The notes under the pieces are model-generated. The model was not told where the DNA came from. It did not search any database and saw only the letters and a list, made by a program, of their open reading frames with translations. From positions 255,104 to 319,103 of the forward strand of contig CAZAXH010000003.1 in NCBI GenBank assembly GCA_964489065.1: a stretch of 64,000 nucleotides of DNA, in the 5' to 3' direction. The position numbers and the translations under genes were made by a program. This document shows positions 37,256 through 46,667 of this stretch, in pieces. This DNA is from an uncultured Planctomycetales bacterium (lineage in GTDB: Bacteria; Omnitrophota; Gorgyraeia; Zapsychrales; JANLHA01). The number at the start of each line of letters is the position of its first letter. Position 1 is the stretch's first letter.

Positions 37256-39011
37256 AAATAACTGGCTGAAGAAGGCGGGCCGGAACAGCCGGGCGCTTGC
37301 GCTTATCACGCTATGCGCGGTCGGGGTTTTAATCTATTCTAATTCTTTAAGCGGGGAATTTTGTTTCGACGACCATGCGTTTATCCTTGACAGCGCCGCG
37401 GTGCAGCGGGGCCCCCGGGACGTTCCGGCTCTGTGGCGGGAGTTTCATGTGCGGCTTGTGGTCGGGATGAGTTATGCGTTGAACTACTGGCTGGGCGGGC
37501 GCAACGCGGTCGGTTACCATATTCTGAACCTGCTGGTCCATGTGTTGGCCTCGGTCGCGGTTTTTTATTTCATCCTTTTCAGTTACGCCACGCCTGTCTT
37601 GCGGGAAACCCGGCATTCCGCAAACGGACAACGTATCGCGTTTTGGGCGGCGATGGTTTTTCTCTGCCATCCGGTTCAGACGCAGGCCGTGTCGTATATT
37701 ACTCAGCGGGCGGCGTCGATTGTCACGCTGTTTTACCTCGTGACCTTGATTTTTTATGTCAAGTACAGGTTGAATCACCACGGGGCATTTCTCGCTGGCT
37801 TCCTCGGGGCCGCGGCCCTGGGCCTTTTGTCGAAACAGTCTATGCTGACCGCTCCGGCGGTGATTGCCGTGTATGATCTGCTGTTTTTCGGGGGGGGCAA
37901 AATCCGGCTTGGCCATGCTGTTAAAGCTTTGGGCTTGTCTCTGGTTGTTTCGCTCTTGTTGCTTTGGGCCGTCCGGATGGAACCGGCAGGTTCCGCCTAC
38001 CAGTATCAGGGTCTTGTGAGCTGGGAGCGCTTTGACGCCAGATATCTATGGACGGAAATAAATGTTTTGCGAACTTATTTAAGGCTTTTGGCGCTTCCCG
38101 TGGCCCAGAATTTTGATTATGATTACCCTGTCGCCGGAGGATTCTTGGAGCCGGCGACTTTTTTTTCTTTTCTGTTATTGCTGATGCTGGCGGTGGTGGC
38201 GTTTCGGTCTCGCCGCGGCGCCCGGGAAGTCAGCTTTTGCATATTCTGGTTTTTTGCCACCACGGCCGTTGAATCGCTGTCGGTTGTCTTTGGGAACCGC
38301 GGCGTGATTTACGAACATTGGCTGTATATGCCCATGGCGGGTTTTTCCTGGTTTTTGTCTTACATCGCCTTCAGGTCGGCGAAATCCCCGGCGCTTTATC
38401 AGCGGATCATGATGAGCGTTGTCCTTCTTCTCGGGGCGCTGACTTTCCGCCGGAATATGGTTTGGGAAAAAGAGCTGTATCTCTGGCAGGATGTTTTGAA
38501 AAAAGCTCCTTCGAATCCCGGCGCTTACTTTGCTTTCGGGGAGCTTTGCCAGCGTCAGGGCCGGGCTCCTGTCGCGGAAGAATATTACCGCAAAGCCGTG
38601 GCGCTTTATTACGCGCGCAAGCAGCCGTTTGACGCGACGACGAAAGTCCTGTTGTCCAGGATTTACAATAACCTTGGCCTTTTATCACGGGAAAGGGACA
38701 ACCCGGAGGAGGCGGTCGTTTTCTTTCAAAAGGCGATCCAGGTCAATCCCAACCATGCGGGTCCCTACCAGAACCTGGCGATTCTTTTTTACGAATACGG
38801 CCAATACAGGGAAACCGTTGACCTGTTGGAGCGGGCCATCCGGATTCAGGGGCTTACGGATTATGCCTGTTTCTATTTAGGGTTGTCCTATCAAGCTTTG
38901 GGCGACGGGGAAAAGGCCGGGGAATATTTCCGGGAGGCTTTGCGGCTGTTCTCTGATGCCGGCGACCGGGCGAAGGTGGAAGCGATCAGGACCTATTTAG
39001 GCCCCAGGTAA
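37245..39011 (+). CDS. GT-C-fold glycosyltransferase with C-terminal TPR repeats (TMTC/PMT-like), paralog 2
   Basis: Same architecture and the same motifs (GEFCFDDHAFIL, HILNLLVH, CHPVQTQAVSYITQRA) plus about 5 TPR units. I would estimate roughly 40% identity with paralog 1, which points to a tandem duplication. Confidence 0.6.
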   Translation: MGNENNWLKKAGRNSRALALITLCAVGVLIYSNSLSGEFCFDDHAFILDSAAVQRGPRDVPALWREFHVRLVVGMSYALNYWLGGRNAVGYHILNLLVHVLASVAVFYFILFSYATPVLRETRHSANGQRIAFWAAMVFLCHPVQTQAVSYITQRAASIVTLFYLVTLIFYVKYRLNHHGAFLAGFLGAAALGLLSKQSMLTAPAVIAVYDLLFFGGGKIRLGHAVKALGLSLVVSLLLLWAVRMEPAGSAYQYQGLVSWERFDARYLWTEINVLRTYLRLLALPVAQNFDYDYPVAGGFLEPATFFSFLLLLMLAVVAFRSRRGAREVSFCIFWFFATTAVESLSVVFGNRGVIYEHWLYMPMAGFSWFLSYIAFRSAKSPALYQRIMMSVVLLLGALTFRRNMVWEKELYLWQDVLKKAPSNPGAYFAFGELCQRQGRAPVAEEYYRKAVALYYARKQPFDATTKVLLSRIYNNLGLLSRERDNPEEAVVFFQKAIQVNPNHAGPYQNLAILFYEYGQYRETVDLLERAIRIQGLTDYACFYLGLSYQALGDGEKAGEYFREALRLFSDAGDRAKVEAIRTYLGPR

Positions 39012-39028
39012 TTTAAAAGGAACGCGTT

Positions 39029-39847
39029 ATGCCGGAATTACCGGAAGTGGAAACTGTCTGCCGTGATCTGCGGACAATGATCCAGGGCGTTGTTATTAAA
39101 GACGCCGTGGTTTATGACGGCCGCGTGGTCCGTGTTCCGTCCCCGGATGAGTTCATCCGGCGCCTTCGGGGCAGGATCATTGCCGATGTTTTCCGCCGGG
39201 GAAAAGCACTGGTGGCCCGGCTTCACCCGGGCGGCGATTTTTTTGTGGTCCAAATGATGATGACGGGGCAGATGATTGTTTGCGCCGGGCCGCGAAAGGA
39301 ACGGTATACCAAAGTTGTTTTCCGGCTTTCCAACGGGAAGTATTTGCACTATAATGATCAACGATTATTCGGCCGGCTTTCGGTTGTCGGGGACTTGGCC
39401 GAGATTTCTTATTTCACAGCCCTGGGGCCGGAACCTTTCAGCCGGCAGTTTTCCCGTGAATATCTGCGGCAGGTTTTAAAAAACAAGAAGGCCCCGGTTA
39501 AGACGCTCCTTATGAACTCCAGGATTGTCGCCGGGATCGGCAATATTTACGCGTCGGAAATTTTGTATGACTGCGGATTGAATCCCTGTTCTCCGGCCGG
39601 GGATTTGGCGGAGCGTGATGTGAGCGCTGTCTGGACATCAATTCGCAGAATTCTCAAACAGGCCGTAGCGGAAAGGGGGACGTCGGTATATTCATACCGC
39701 GACGCCGAGGGCCGGCGGGGCGGGTATAAAAATTTTCTTAACGTATATGGCCGAGAAGATCAGCGGTGCTATCGCTGTGATTCTCCGGTTCGAAAAATTA
39801 TCCAGGGCGGCCGCAGCACATTTTATTGTCCGGCTTGCCAGAGGTGA
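39029..39847 (+). CDS. mutM: Formamidopyrimidine-DNA glycosylase
   Basis: N-terminal MPELPEVE (catalytic Pro2/Glu3), H2TH region, C-terminal zinc finger CYRC...CPAC. Confidence 0.9.
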   Translation: MPELPEVETVCRDLRTMIQGVVIKDAVVYDGRVVRVPSPDEFIRRLRGRIIADVFRRGKALVARLHPGGDFFVVQMMMTGQMIVCAGPRKERYTKVVFRLSNGKYLHYNDQRLFGRLSVVGDLAEISYFTALGPEPFSRQFSREYLRQVLKNKKAPVKTLLMNSRIVAGIGNIYASEILYDCGLNPCSPAGDLAERDVSAVWTSIRRILKQAVAERGTSVYSYRDAEGRRGGYKNFLNVYGREDQRCYRCDSPVRKIIQGGRSTFYCPACQR

Positions 39848-40540
39848 ATGATGATGAAAAAGCGTGTTAAAATTGATTCCAGCCTGCTTTCTCTGGTTAT
39901 CCTGTTTACGGCTTTCTTGTATCAGTTCCCGCGTCTTTATTCTTCAAGCCCCTTGCTGGATAATATTTGGGATTTTTTTGGTTTTATTGTCCTTTTAAAA
40001 GGGGCCTATATCCGGATGTCCGCCCGCGGAGTTAAAAAAGCCCACTCCCAGCAAGGGGAGGGACTGGTTAAGAAAGGGTTATACACAGTAGTTCGAAATC
40101 CGATGTACTTGGGCAGTTTTACTCTCGGGGCGGGATTTATCCTTCTCGTCTGGCCTTTTTGGATTCTGCCTATTTTCGCGGTGCTTTTTTATCTGCGTTT
40201 TAATAAACAGATCGTGTTTGAAGAAAAATGGCTTACCAAAAAATTTGGTGAAGAATATGAGGCGTACTGCCGTAAGGTCCCCAGGCTTTTCCCCTCCTGG
40301 AAAAGCCTGCGGGCGGCCAAGGTCTCAACGCTGTTCCCCTGGAAAGAAACCTGGAGTACCAAGGAAAAGCGGGCCTTGTTAGGTTGGCCGTTTTTGGCCG
40401 TGGCTCTAGAATCGCTGCAGGAGTGGAGGGTTTTCGGTTCGACGAACATTTTCCAGACGGTTCTTATATTTTTTGTGTCCGCGGCTGTGTTTTTTAGCGG
40501 CCTGGGTATCTGTTGCCGGGAGCAGGAGCGGCATGCATAA
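39848..40540 (+). CDS. Isoprenylcysteine carboxyl methyltransferase (ICMT/PEMT) family membrane methyltransferase
   Basis: TM helices plus GLYxxVRNPMYLG...EEKWLxKKFGEEYEAYCRKVPR, the ICMT-family C-terminal signature. Confidence 0.7.
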   Translation: MMMKKRVKIDSSLLSLVILFTAFLYQFPRLYSSSPLLDNIWDFFGFIVLLKGAYIRMSARGVKKAHSQQGEGLVKKGLYTVVRNPMYLGSFTLGAGFILLVWPFWILPIFAVLFYLRFNKQIVFEEKWLTKKFGEEYEAYCRKVPRLFPSWKSLRAAKVSTLFPWKETWSTKEKRALLGWPFLAVALESLQEWRVFGSTNIFQTVLIFFVSAAVFFSGLGICCREQERHA

Positions 40541-41303
40541 AATTCAACACACGGTTACGATTATTTCGAATAAAAAGGTTTGCCCGCAATATTACCGGCT
40601 TTCTTTGGACGCCGGGGCCGCCGCTTGCGAGGCCCGACCGGGCCAGTTCATCCATATCCGGGTTGTGGCGGGGATGGAGCCCTTTTTCCGGAGACCGTTC
40701 AGCGTGTTCCGGGCGCAAAAGACCCTGGATATTTTGTATGATGTCGTCGGGAAAGGGACCGAAATCCTCAGTTCCAAAAAGAAAGGCGATAAACTGGATA
40801 TTCTCGGCCCCGCGGGGACTCCCTTTGCCGAGCCGGCGCCGAACGTAAAGCAACTCGTTATGATCGCTGGAGGGATAGGGGTGGCGCCGTTTTTGCTTTT
40901 TACGGATTTTTTAAAAAAGAAAAAAATCAAAAAGATTCTTTTGTACGGGGCGCGGAGCCGGGATCAGGTGCTGGATTTTAAAGAGTTCAAGAAGAACGGG
41001 GTAGACGTTTTTGTTTCAACTGAAGACGGCAGCGTCGGAACGAAGGGGCGGGTGCCCCGGCTTTTTGATAAGATTCGGGAAGACCCGCGGAGGACCATGC
41101 TGTATGCCTGCGGACCCAAGCCTATGCTGGCCGCGGTGCAGGATTTCGCGAAAAAACACCTCCTCCCAGGGCAGGTGTCATGCGAAGAAGTGATGGCGTG
41201 TGGGCTGGGTGCCTGCCTGGGCTGTTCCATCCCGACGCGTTCCGGGTATAAGACGGTGTGTTATGACGGCCCGGTATTTGACGTGCACGAGCTTTGTTTT
41301 TAG
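40533..41303 (+). CDS. pyrK: Dihydroorotate dehydrogenase electron-transfer subunit
   Basis: FAD/NAD(P)-binding ferredoxin-reductase fold (RPFS, GGIGVAP) and a C-terminal 2Fe-2S cluster motif CGLGACLGC. I use the ATG (MHKIQ) at 40533. Confidence 0.85.
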   Translation: MHKIQHTVTIISNKKVCPQYYRLSLDAGAAACEARPGQFIHIRVVAGMEPFFRRPFSVFRAQKTLDILYDVVGKGTEILSSKKKGDKLDILGPAGTPFAEPAPNVKQLVMIAGGIGVAPFLLFTDFLKKKKIKKILLYGARSRDQVLDFKEFKKNGVDVFVSTEDGSVGTKGRVPRLFDKIREDPRRTMLYACGPKPMLAAVQDFAKKHLLPGQVSCEEVMACGLGACLGCSIPTRSGYKTVCYDGPVFDVHELCF

Positions 41304-41333
41304 AGAAGAATATCCGGCCCGGGGTACAGAAAT

Positions 41334-41693
41334 ATGACCTATTTTTCCTACATTGTAATCGGACTTGTCGCCGGCGCCTTCAGCGGGTTCTTTGGGATCG
41401 GCGGGGCGACCATCCTGATTCCTATTTTTGTGCTGATGTTCGGGATGTCGCAGCATCAGGCCCAGGGCACGGCGCTGGCTGTGCTTCTGCCGCCGGTATT
41501 TATTTTTGCGGTGATGAAGTATTATCAACTCGGTTATGTCAAGGTCAAGATGGCTTTGATCATCGCATTGGCTTTTTCGCTCGGCGCCTATGCCGGCGCT
41601 TATCTGGTTCAGGGTGTGGGCGATATGGCGCTGAAAAGGGCGTTTGGAATTTTATTGATCATCATGGGTTTAAGGGTGGTCTTAGTTAAGTAA
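41334..41693 (+). CDS. TSUP (TauE/SafE, DUF81) half-size membrane transporter-like protein
   Basis: 119 aa with four TM helices and Gly-rich segments GAFSGFFGIGGATILIP, typical of the TSUP family. It sits between pyrK and pyrD. Confidence 0.7.
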   Translation: MTYFSYIVIGLVAGAFSGFFGIGGATILIPIFVLMFGMSQHQAQGTALAVLLPPVFIFAVMKYYQLGYVKVKMALIIALAFSLGAYAGAYLVQGVGDMALKRAFGILLIIMGLRVVLVK

Positions 41694-41849
41694 GGTCGCC
41701 GGGAGCCGGTTGCGTTCAAGAGACGCTGGTTCCCTTGAATGAGAAGAAATGAACCGGCGTTTAATTCACTTAACCAGTTCCCGGCGAGATGGGGGAGTGG
41801 TTTGGCTATGACGCAGTTATCAGGATTTTCGACAGGACGATAGAACTTT

Positions 41850-42758
41850 ATGAACCTTTCCGTTACAATCGGTAACGCTGTTTTTCCTAACCCGGTCACG
41901 GTGGCCTCGGGCACGTTCGGCCATGCGAAGAAGTATTATGACCTGCAGGAAGTCAAACAGCTTGGAGCGTTGATCCCCAAGACAGTGACTCTCCTGCCGC
42001 AGACAGGGAATCCTCCTCCCCGGATCGCGGAAACCTCCGCTGGGATGCTAAACGCGATCGGAATTGAGAATCCCGGCGTGGATGTTTTTCTTGAAAAAGA
42101 CCTGCCGGACTTGAATAAGATTGCCGTGCCTCTCGTTGTCAGTATTTTAGGGCATTCGGATGAGCAGTTTTTAGAAATCACAGACAAGCTGAACGCGGCC
42201 CCGGGGATCAGCGCTTTGGAGTTGAATCTGTCCTGCCCCAATCTGCAGAAAAAATCACTGGTGGCGCAAGATCCGGATGCGACGTCCTCGGTGGTGCGAA
42301 AGGTTAAAAAGATCTCCCGGTATCCTGTGATTGCCAAGCTTTCTCCCAATGTGACGGATATTACTGTCATCGCCGAGGCCGCGGCAGACGCCGGCGCTGA
42401 CGGGTTAAGTCTGATCAACACCTTGGCCGGCATGCTGATCAACACGCGCACCCGCCGGCCGGCGCTTGGCAACGTGAGCGGCGGGTTAAGCGGTCCGGCG
42501 ATCAAGCCGGTGGCGCTTCACATGGTGTATCAGACCGCGAAAAAGGTTAAAGTGCCGCTGATCGCCATGGGTGGGATTATGACTCCGGATGACGCTTTGC
42601 AGTTTATCATCGCGGGCGCGTCCATGATCGCGGTGGGGACAGGTAATTTTATTAACCCGCGTGCGCCGCTGGATGTCTTAAATGGCATTAAGGCCTATAT
42701 GAAAAAAAATAAAATATCGGATATTACCCGGCTCCGGGGGAGCTTGAACGTGCCATGA
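41850..42758 (+). CDS. pyrD: Dihydroorotate dehydrogenase catalytic subunit (class 1B)
   Basis: N-terminus resembles class 1 DHODH (VASGTFG...); TIM-barrel FMN-binding motifs (NLSCPN, IAMGGI). Confidence 0.9.
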   Translation: MNLSVTIGNAVFPNPVTVASGTFGHAKKYYDLQEVKQLGALIPKTVTLLPQTGNPPPRIAETSAGMLNAIGIENPGVDVFLEKDLPDLNKIAVPLVVSILGHSDEQFLEITDKLNAAPGISALELNLSCPNLQKKSLVAQDPDATSSVVRKVKKISRYPVIAKLSPNVTDITVIAEAAADAGADGLSLINTLAGMLINTRTRRPALGNVSGGLSGPAIKPVALHMVYQTAKKVKVPLIAMGGIMTPDDALQFIIAGASMIAVGTGNFINPRAPLDVLNGIKAYMKKNKISDITRLRGSLNVP

Positions 42759-43513
42759 AAGAAACAACGGAAAGACCTCAACTTATTGTCGCCCTCGATG
42801 TTAACACTCTGGAAGAGGTTCGGTCCCTGGTGGTGCAGTTGGATGATTATGTGGATTGTTTCAAGGTCGGGAGCCAGCTGTTTACGTCCTGCGGGCCGGC
42901 AGCGGTGCGGTTTATTGAAGCGCGGGGCAAAAGAGTGTTTCTGGATTTGAAATTTCACGATATCCCTCACACGGTCGCCCGGGCCGTGGAAGCAGCTTGT
43001 TGCCTGCATGTCGCCATTGAACGGAGCATGAATTTTTATAAACGGCAGCAACCCCGGCATAAAGGGCTTTTTATGTATACTCTGCACACGTCTGGGGGGG
43101 TGGAGATGATGAAAGCGGCCGTTGAAGCCAGTACGAAAGTAGCTCGGGAAATTGATGTTCCGAAACCCCTGGCTATGGGCGTAACTGTCTTGACAAGCGA
43201 GCAAAAAACGGATAATATACTGCCTCAAGTTTTGCAAAAAGCAGAAGACGCCCATAAAGCCGGCTGTGACGGGGTGGTGGCGTCCTGCCAGGAGGCGTCT
43301 TTTATACGCCGGGAATTCGGTCCGGAATTTATGATCGTGACTCCCGGGATCCGTCCGGCCGGGGAAGATGTGCAGGACCAAAAGAGAGTCGCGACCCCGA
43401 AGGACGCTGTCGCCAGCGGCAGTAATTTTTTGGTTGTCGGCCGGCCGATTATTAAAGCGCCTGACCCCCGCCTCGCCGCGAAGCAGATTTTGCAGGATAT
43501 ACAGTCTTTATAA
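42755..43513 (+). CDS. pyrF: Orotidine-5'-phosphate decarboxylase
   Basis: LIVALD and DLKFHDIP signatures of the OMPdecase active site. Overlaps the pyrD stop. Confidence 0.85.
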   Translation: MKETTERPQLIVALDVNTLEEVRSLVVQLDDYVDCFKVGSQLFTSCGPAAVRFIEARGKRVFLDLKFHDIPHTVARAVEAACCLHVAIERSMNFYKRQQPRHKGLFMYTLHTSGGVEMMKAAVEASTKVAREIDVPKPLAMGVTVLTSEQKTDNILPQVLQKAEDAHKAGCDGVVASCQEASFIRREFGPEFMIVTPGIRPAGEDVQDQKRVATPKDAVASGSNFLVVGRPIIKAPDPRLAAKQILQDIQSL

Positions 43514-43655
43514 TTCTTCTGCTGTGTAAGAAAAGACAGGGAAGCGGTCTGGCGCATTCTTTCAGCTTGTAATCCCTGGACTCCCGCCGGGGATGAGAAA
43601 GAGAAACGAGCAGCCCCCTTTGTTTTAATCCCAATTTATTAACCGGAGAAAAGAC

Positions 43656-44270
43656 ATGACGGAACGCATTCAGGAATTGATAGATAAAATAAAAGACGAA
43701 GGTATTCAGGCGGCGGAAGCCAAAGGCCGGGATATCGAGGCCCAGGCGCAAAAGCGCGCGGACGAAATGATCGCCCAGGCCCGAAAAGAAGCCGCCCGTA
43801 TTGTGTCGGAGGCCCAGGCGGAAAGCCAAAAGGCCAAAGACGTGGTCGAGTCCGCTTTAAAACAGGCATCCCGGGACATGTTATTGCGGTTGCGGAAAGA
43901 AATAACAAAAACTCTTGAAAGCATTATGATGAAAGATTTACGCGAAAGCCTCTCGCCCGAGGTTATGGCGGAGTTGATCCAGAAAATTGCTTCTGCCTAT
44001 CTTAATAACGCGCAAGACGGGGATATTCAGGTGGCCTTAGGCGGCGAGGATTTAAAAAAGTTGGAACAAGGTTTTTTAAATAAGCTTAAGAGCGTGCTCA
44101 AGCAGCCGCTGGTCTTAAGATCGGCGGATAATATCCGCAGCGGGTTTACGATCAGTTTCGACCAGGGGAAATCCTGTTTTGATTTCACGGATGAGAGCCT
44201 CGCGGAATTCCTGGGCCAGTATCTTAACGAGCGTGTCACGGAAATTTTGAAAACAGCCGTCACGTCTTAA
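43656..44270 (+). CDS. atpE: V/A-type ATPase subunit E
   Basis: About 200 aa. Charged coiled-coil N-terminus (Ala/Glu/Lys/Gln-rich) plus a globular C-terminus. It is in the position and has the composition of peripheral-stalk subunit E. Confidence 0.7.
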   Translation: MTERIQELIDKIKDEGIQAAEAKGRDIEAQAQKRADEMIAQARKEAARIVSEAQAESQKAKDVVESALKQASRDMLLRLRKEITKTLESIMMKDLRESLSPEVMAELIQKIASAYLNNAQDGDIQVALGGEDLKKLEQGFLNKLKSVLKQPLVLRSADNIRSGFTISFDQGKSCFDFTDESLAEFLGQYLNERVTEILKTAVTS

Positions 44271-44278
44271 CCGGAGAT

Positions 44279-44821
44279 ATGATGTATTATTATTTTGCCG
44301 CCAGTTTGCCGTACCTGGAATACGGAGTGCGCTGCTTGACCTGTCTGGAAAATTTTCTGGAGGCAGCCGGGCGTTTGCTTTCGCCCGGTGATTACGCGCT
44401 CATTGAACAGGCTTTGGCCGTGGAGGCCGGACAAACAACTTCGGAGAAAGGCCACCGGGTAATCCGGGAATGGCAGGCGTTCATGCAGGGCCTCCGGAAT
44501 CAGTGGGTCATCGCAAGGGCCGCCCAGTTCAGGAAAGACCCTGCGTCTTATTTCCGCGGGGAGCGCGGCGGGGACACCGCGGTCACCGAGGCCGTTACAC
44601 AGGCGCAGAAGGCCGTTGACCCGCTGGAGGCGGAAAAAATTATTGATCAGCTCCGCTGGTCTAAACTCGAAGAGATCGGGCAGGGGCAGTTTTTTAATCT
44701 GGATTTTTTGATTGTCTACGCGCTTAAGCTGCAAATCCTCAAGCGGCTGGAACGGATTGATTCCGTGCATGGGGAACACATTTTTAACGAATACTGCGCG
44801 GCCGTGTCCCGGCTGCGATAA
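44279..44821 (+). CDS. Conserved hypothetical protein in the V-ATPase operon (between E and A)
   Basis: 180 aa, no recognisable motif. It occupies the slot where C/F subunits sit in other V/A-ATPase operons. It may match the uncharacterised ORF found between atpE and atpA in chlamydial operons. Confidence 0.45.
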   Translation: MMYYYFAASLPYLEYGVRCLTCLENFLEAAGRLLSPGDYALIEQALAVEAGQTTSEKGHRVIREWQAFMQGLRNQWVIARAAQFRKDPASYFRGERGGDTAVTEAVTQAQKAVDPLEAEKIIDQLRWSKLEEIGQGQFFNLDFLIVYALKLQILKRLERIDSVHGEHIFNEYCAAVSRLR

Positions 44822-44889
44822 TTGTAAGTGTAATATCAGCGGGTGTTCAGCCTGATCCGGTAAGCCCGGAGGAGGGCTGTTTTTAAGAA

Positions 44890-46656
44890 ATGGAGGAACG
44901 GAGCGTGAACGGACCAAGAACCGGGCAGGTCACAGGAGTGAACGGGAACATGGTTGCGGTGGCTTTCAGCGATCGCGTGATGCAGAATGAGGTGGCCTAT
45001 GTGATTGTGGGGGGAGAACGGCTTAAAGCCGAGGTGATTCGGGTTAAAGGCAAACGCGCGGACCTGCAGGTCTTTGAAGACACGCAGGATATCCGTATCA
45101 CCGACACCGTTGAATTTACCGGCGAGCTGTTAAGCGTGGCTTTGGGCCCGGGCCTGCTGACCCAGGTTTATGACGGGCTGCAGAATCCCTTGCCGGATTT
45201 GGCCGAACAATTCGGGTTTTTCCTTAAGCGCGGCGCTTATTTGCCCCCCCTGGATGACGAACAGGCCTGGGAATTTACCCCGGCCGTCAAAGTCGGTGAT
45301 AAGGTTCTGGCCGGAGAAAAACTCGGAACCGTTCCGGAAAAGATTTTTCAGCATTGGATTATGGTTCCGTTTAACCTGCCCGGCGAACTGGAAGTGACCG
45401 AGATCGTGAAGAAAGGTGTTTTTAAGATGAAGGACACCATTGCCCGGGTTAAAGATAGCCAGGGGAAAGTCTATCCGGTTACTATGAAACAGCTTTGGCC
45501 GGTGAAAGTCCCGATCAAGGCCTACGCCAGGAAAATTAAACCCACCCAGCCGCTGGTCACCCAGATCCGGATTGTGGACACGCTAGTGCCGGTTGCCGTT
45601 GGCGGAACCTTTTGCACGCCGGGGCCGTTCGGCGCGGGCAAAACCGTTTTGCAGCATTTGATCAGCCGGCACGCGGACGTGGATATCGTGATTGTCGCCG
45701 CCTGCGGGGAGCGCGCCGGAGAGGTGGTTGAGCTTTTAAAGGAATTCCCGGAGTTGAAAGACCCCAAGACCGGGCAGACTTTGATGGACCGGACCGTGAT
45801 TATCTGCAACACCAGTTCCATGCCGGTCGCGGCCCGGGAGTCCAGCGTGTATACCGCGGTGACCCTGGCGGAATACTACCGGCAGATGGGTTTGAATGTC
45901 CTGCTTCTGGCCGACTCGACTTCGCGCTGGGCCCAGGCCATGAGGGAAATGTCCGGCCGGCTGGAGGAAATTCCCGGAGAGGAAGCTTTTCCGGCCTACC
46001 TGGAAACCCGGATCGCGTCTTTTTACGAACGGGCCGGGCTGGTGCAGCTGCATGACGGGAAGACGGGATCGGTCACTATCGGCGGCTCGGTGTCTCCGGC
46101 CGGAGGGAATTTTGAGGAGCCCGTGACCCAGGCGACGCTGAAGGTGGTGGGCGCGTTTCACGGCCTGTCCCGCGACCGGGCCAATGCCCGGCGGTATCCG
46201 GCCATTGATCCGCTGGAAAGCTGGAGCAAATACGAAAGTTTTATCAGCCCGGAAAAAGTCCGGAAAGGCGTCGAGATACTGCGCAAGGCGAGCCATGTTT
46301 CCCAGATGATGAAAGTTATCGGTGAGGAAGGAACCACGGTCGAGGAGTTCGTGGATTACCTGAAAGGCGAGTTTTTTGACGCCGTATATCTGCAACAGAA
46401 CGCTTTTGACGAACATGATGAGGCCACCCCGGCCGAACGGCAGAAATACGTGTTTGACATGATTGAAACTATTCTGGATCAGCGTTTTGAATTTGCGGAT
46501 AAAACCGAAGCCCGGCGTTATTTTCAGGACTTACGGCAGAAATTTATTAACTTCAACTCAATGGCGTTCCAGGGGGACGAATTCAAGAAAACCGAAAATG
46601 ATATTAAACGCCAGCTGTCCGGAGAGCAACGTCTCCAGGCGGCGGATAAGAACTGA
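44890..46656 (+). CDS. atpA: V/A-type ATPase catalytic subunit A
   Basis: Walker A GPFGAGKT; non-homologous insert region; 588 aa. Confidence 0.95.
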   Translation: MEERSVNGPRTGQVTGVNGNMVAVAFSDRVMQNEVAYVIVGGERLKAEVIRVKGKRADLQVFEDTQDIRITDTVEFTGELLSVALGPGLLTQVYDGLQNPLPDLAEQFGFFLKRGAYLPPLDDEQAWEFTPAVKVGDKVLAGEKLGTVPEKIFQHWIMVPFNLPGELEVTEIVKKGVFKMKDTIARVKDSQGKVYPVTMKQLWPVKVPIKAYARKIKPTQPLVTQIRIVDTLVPVAVGGTFCTPGPFGAGKTVLQHLISRHADVDIVIVAACGERAGEVVELLKEFPELKDPKTGQTLMDRTVIICNTSSMPVAARESSVYTAVTLAEYYRQMGLNVLLLADSTSRWAQAMREMSGRLEEIPGEEAFPAYLETRIASFYERAGLVQLHDGKTGSVTIGGSVSPAGGNFEEPVTQATLKVVGAFHGLSRDRANARRYPAIDPLESWSKYESFISPEKVRKGVEILRKASHVSQMMKVIGEEGTTVEEFVDYLKGEFFDAVYLQQNAFDEHDEATPAERQKYVFDMIETILDQRFEFADKTEARRYFQDLRQKFINFNSMAFQGDEFKKTENDIKRQLSGEQRLQAADKN

Positions 46657-46667
46657 GGGTAAGCACG

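Noticed and set aside
41694-41849. A possible second PyrR-binding site upstream of pyrD (ACUUAACCAGUUCCCGGCGAGAUGGG)
   Set aside because: It contains UUAACC and a UCC...GAG segment, but it lacks the GAGAGGCU core and a convincing terminator hairpin with a U-tract. The match is too weak to call.
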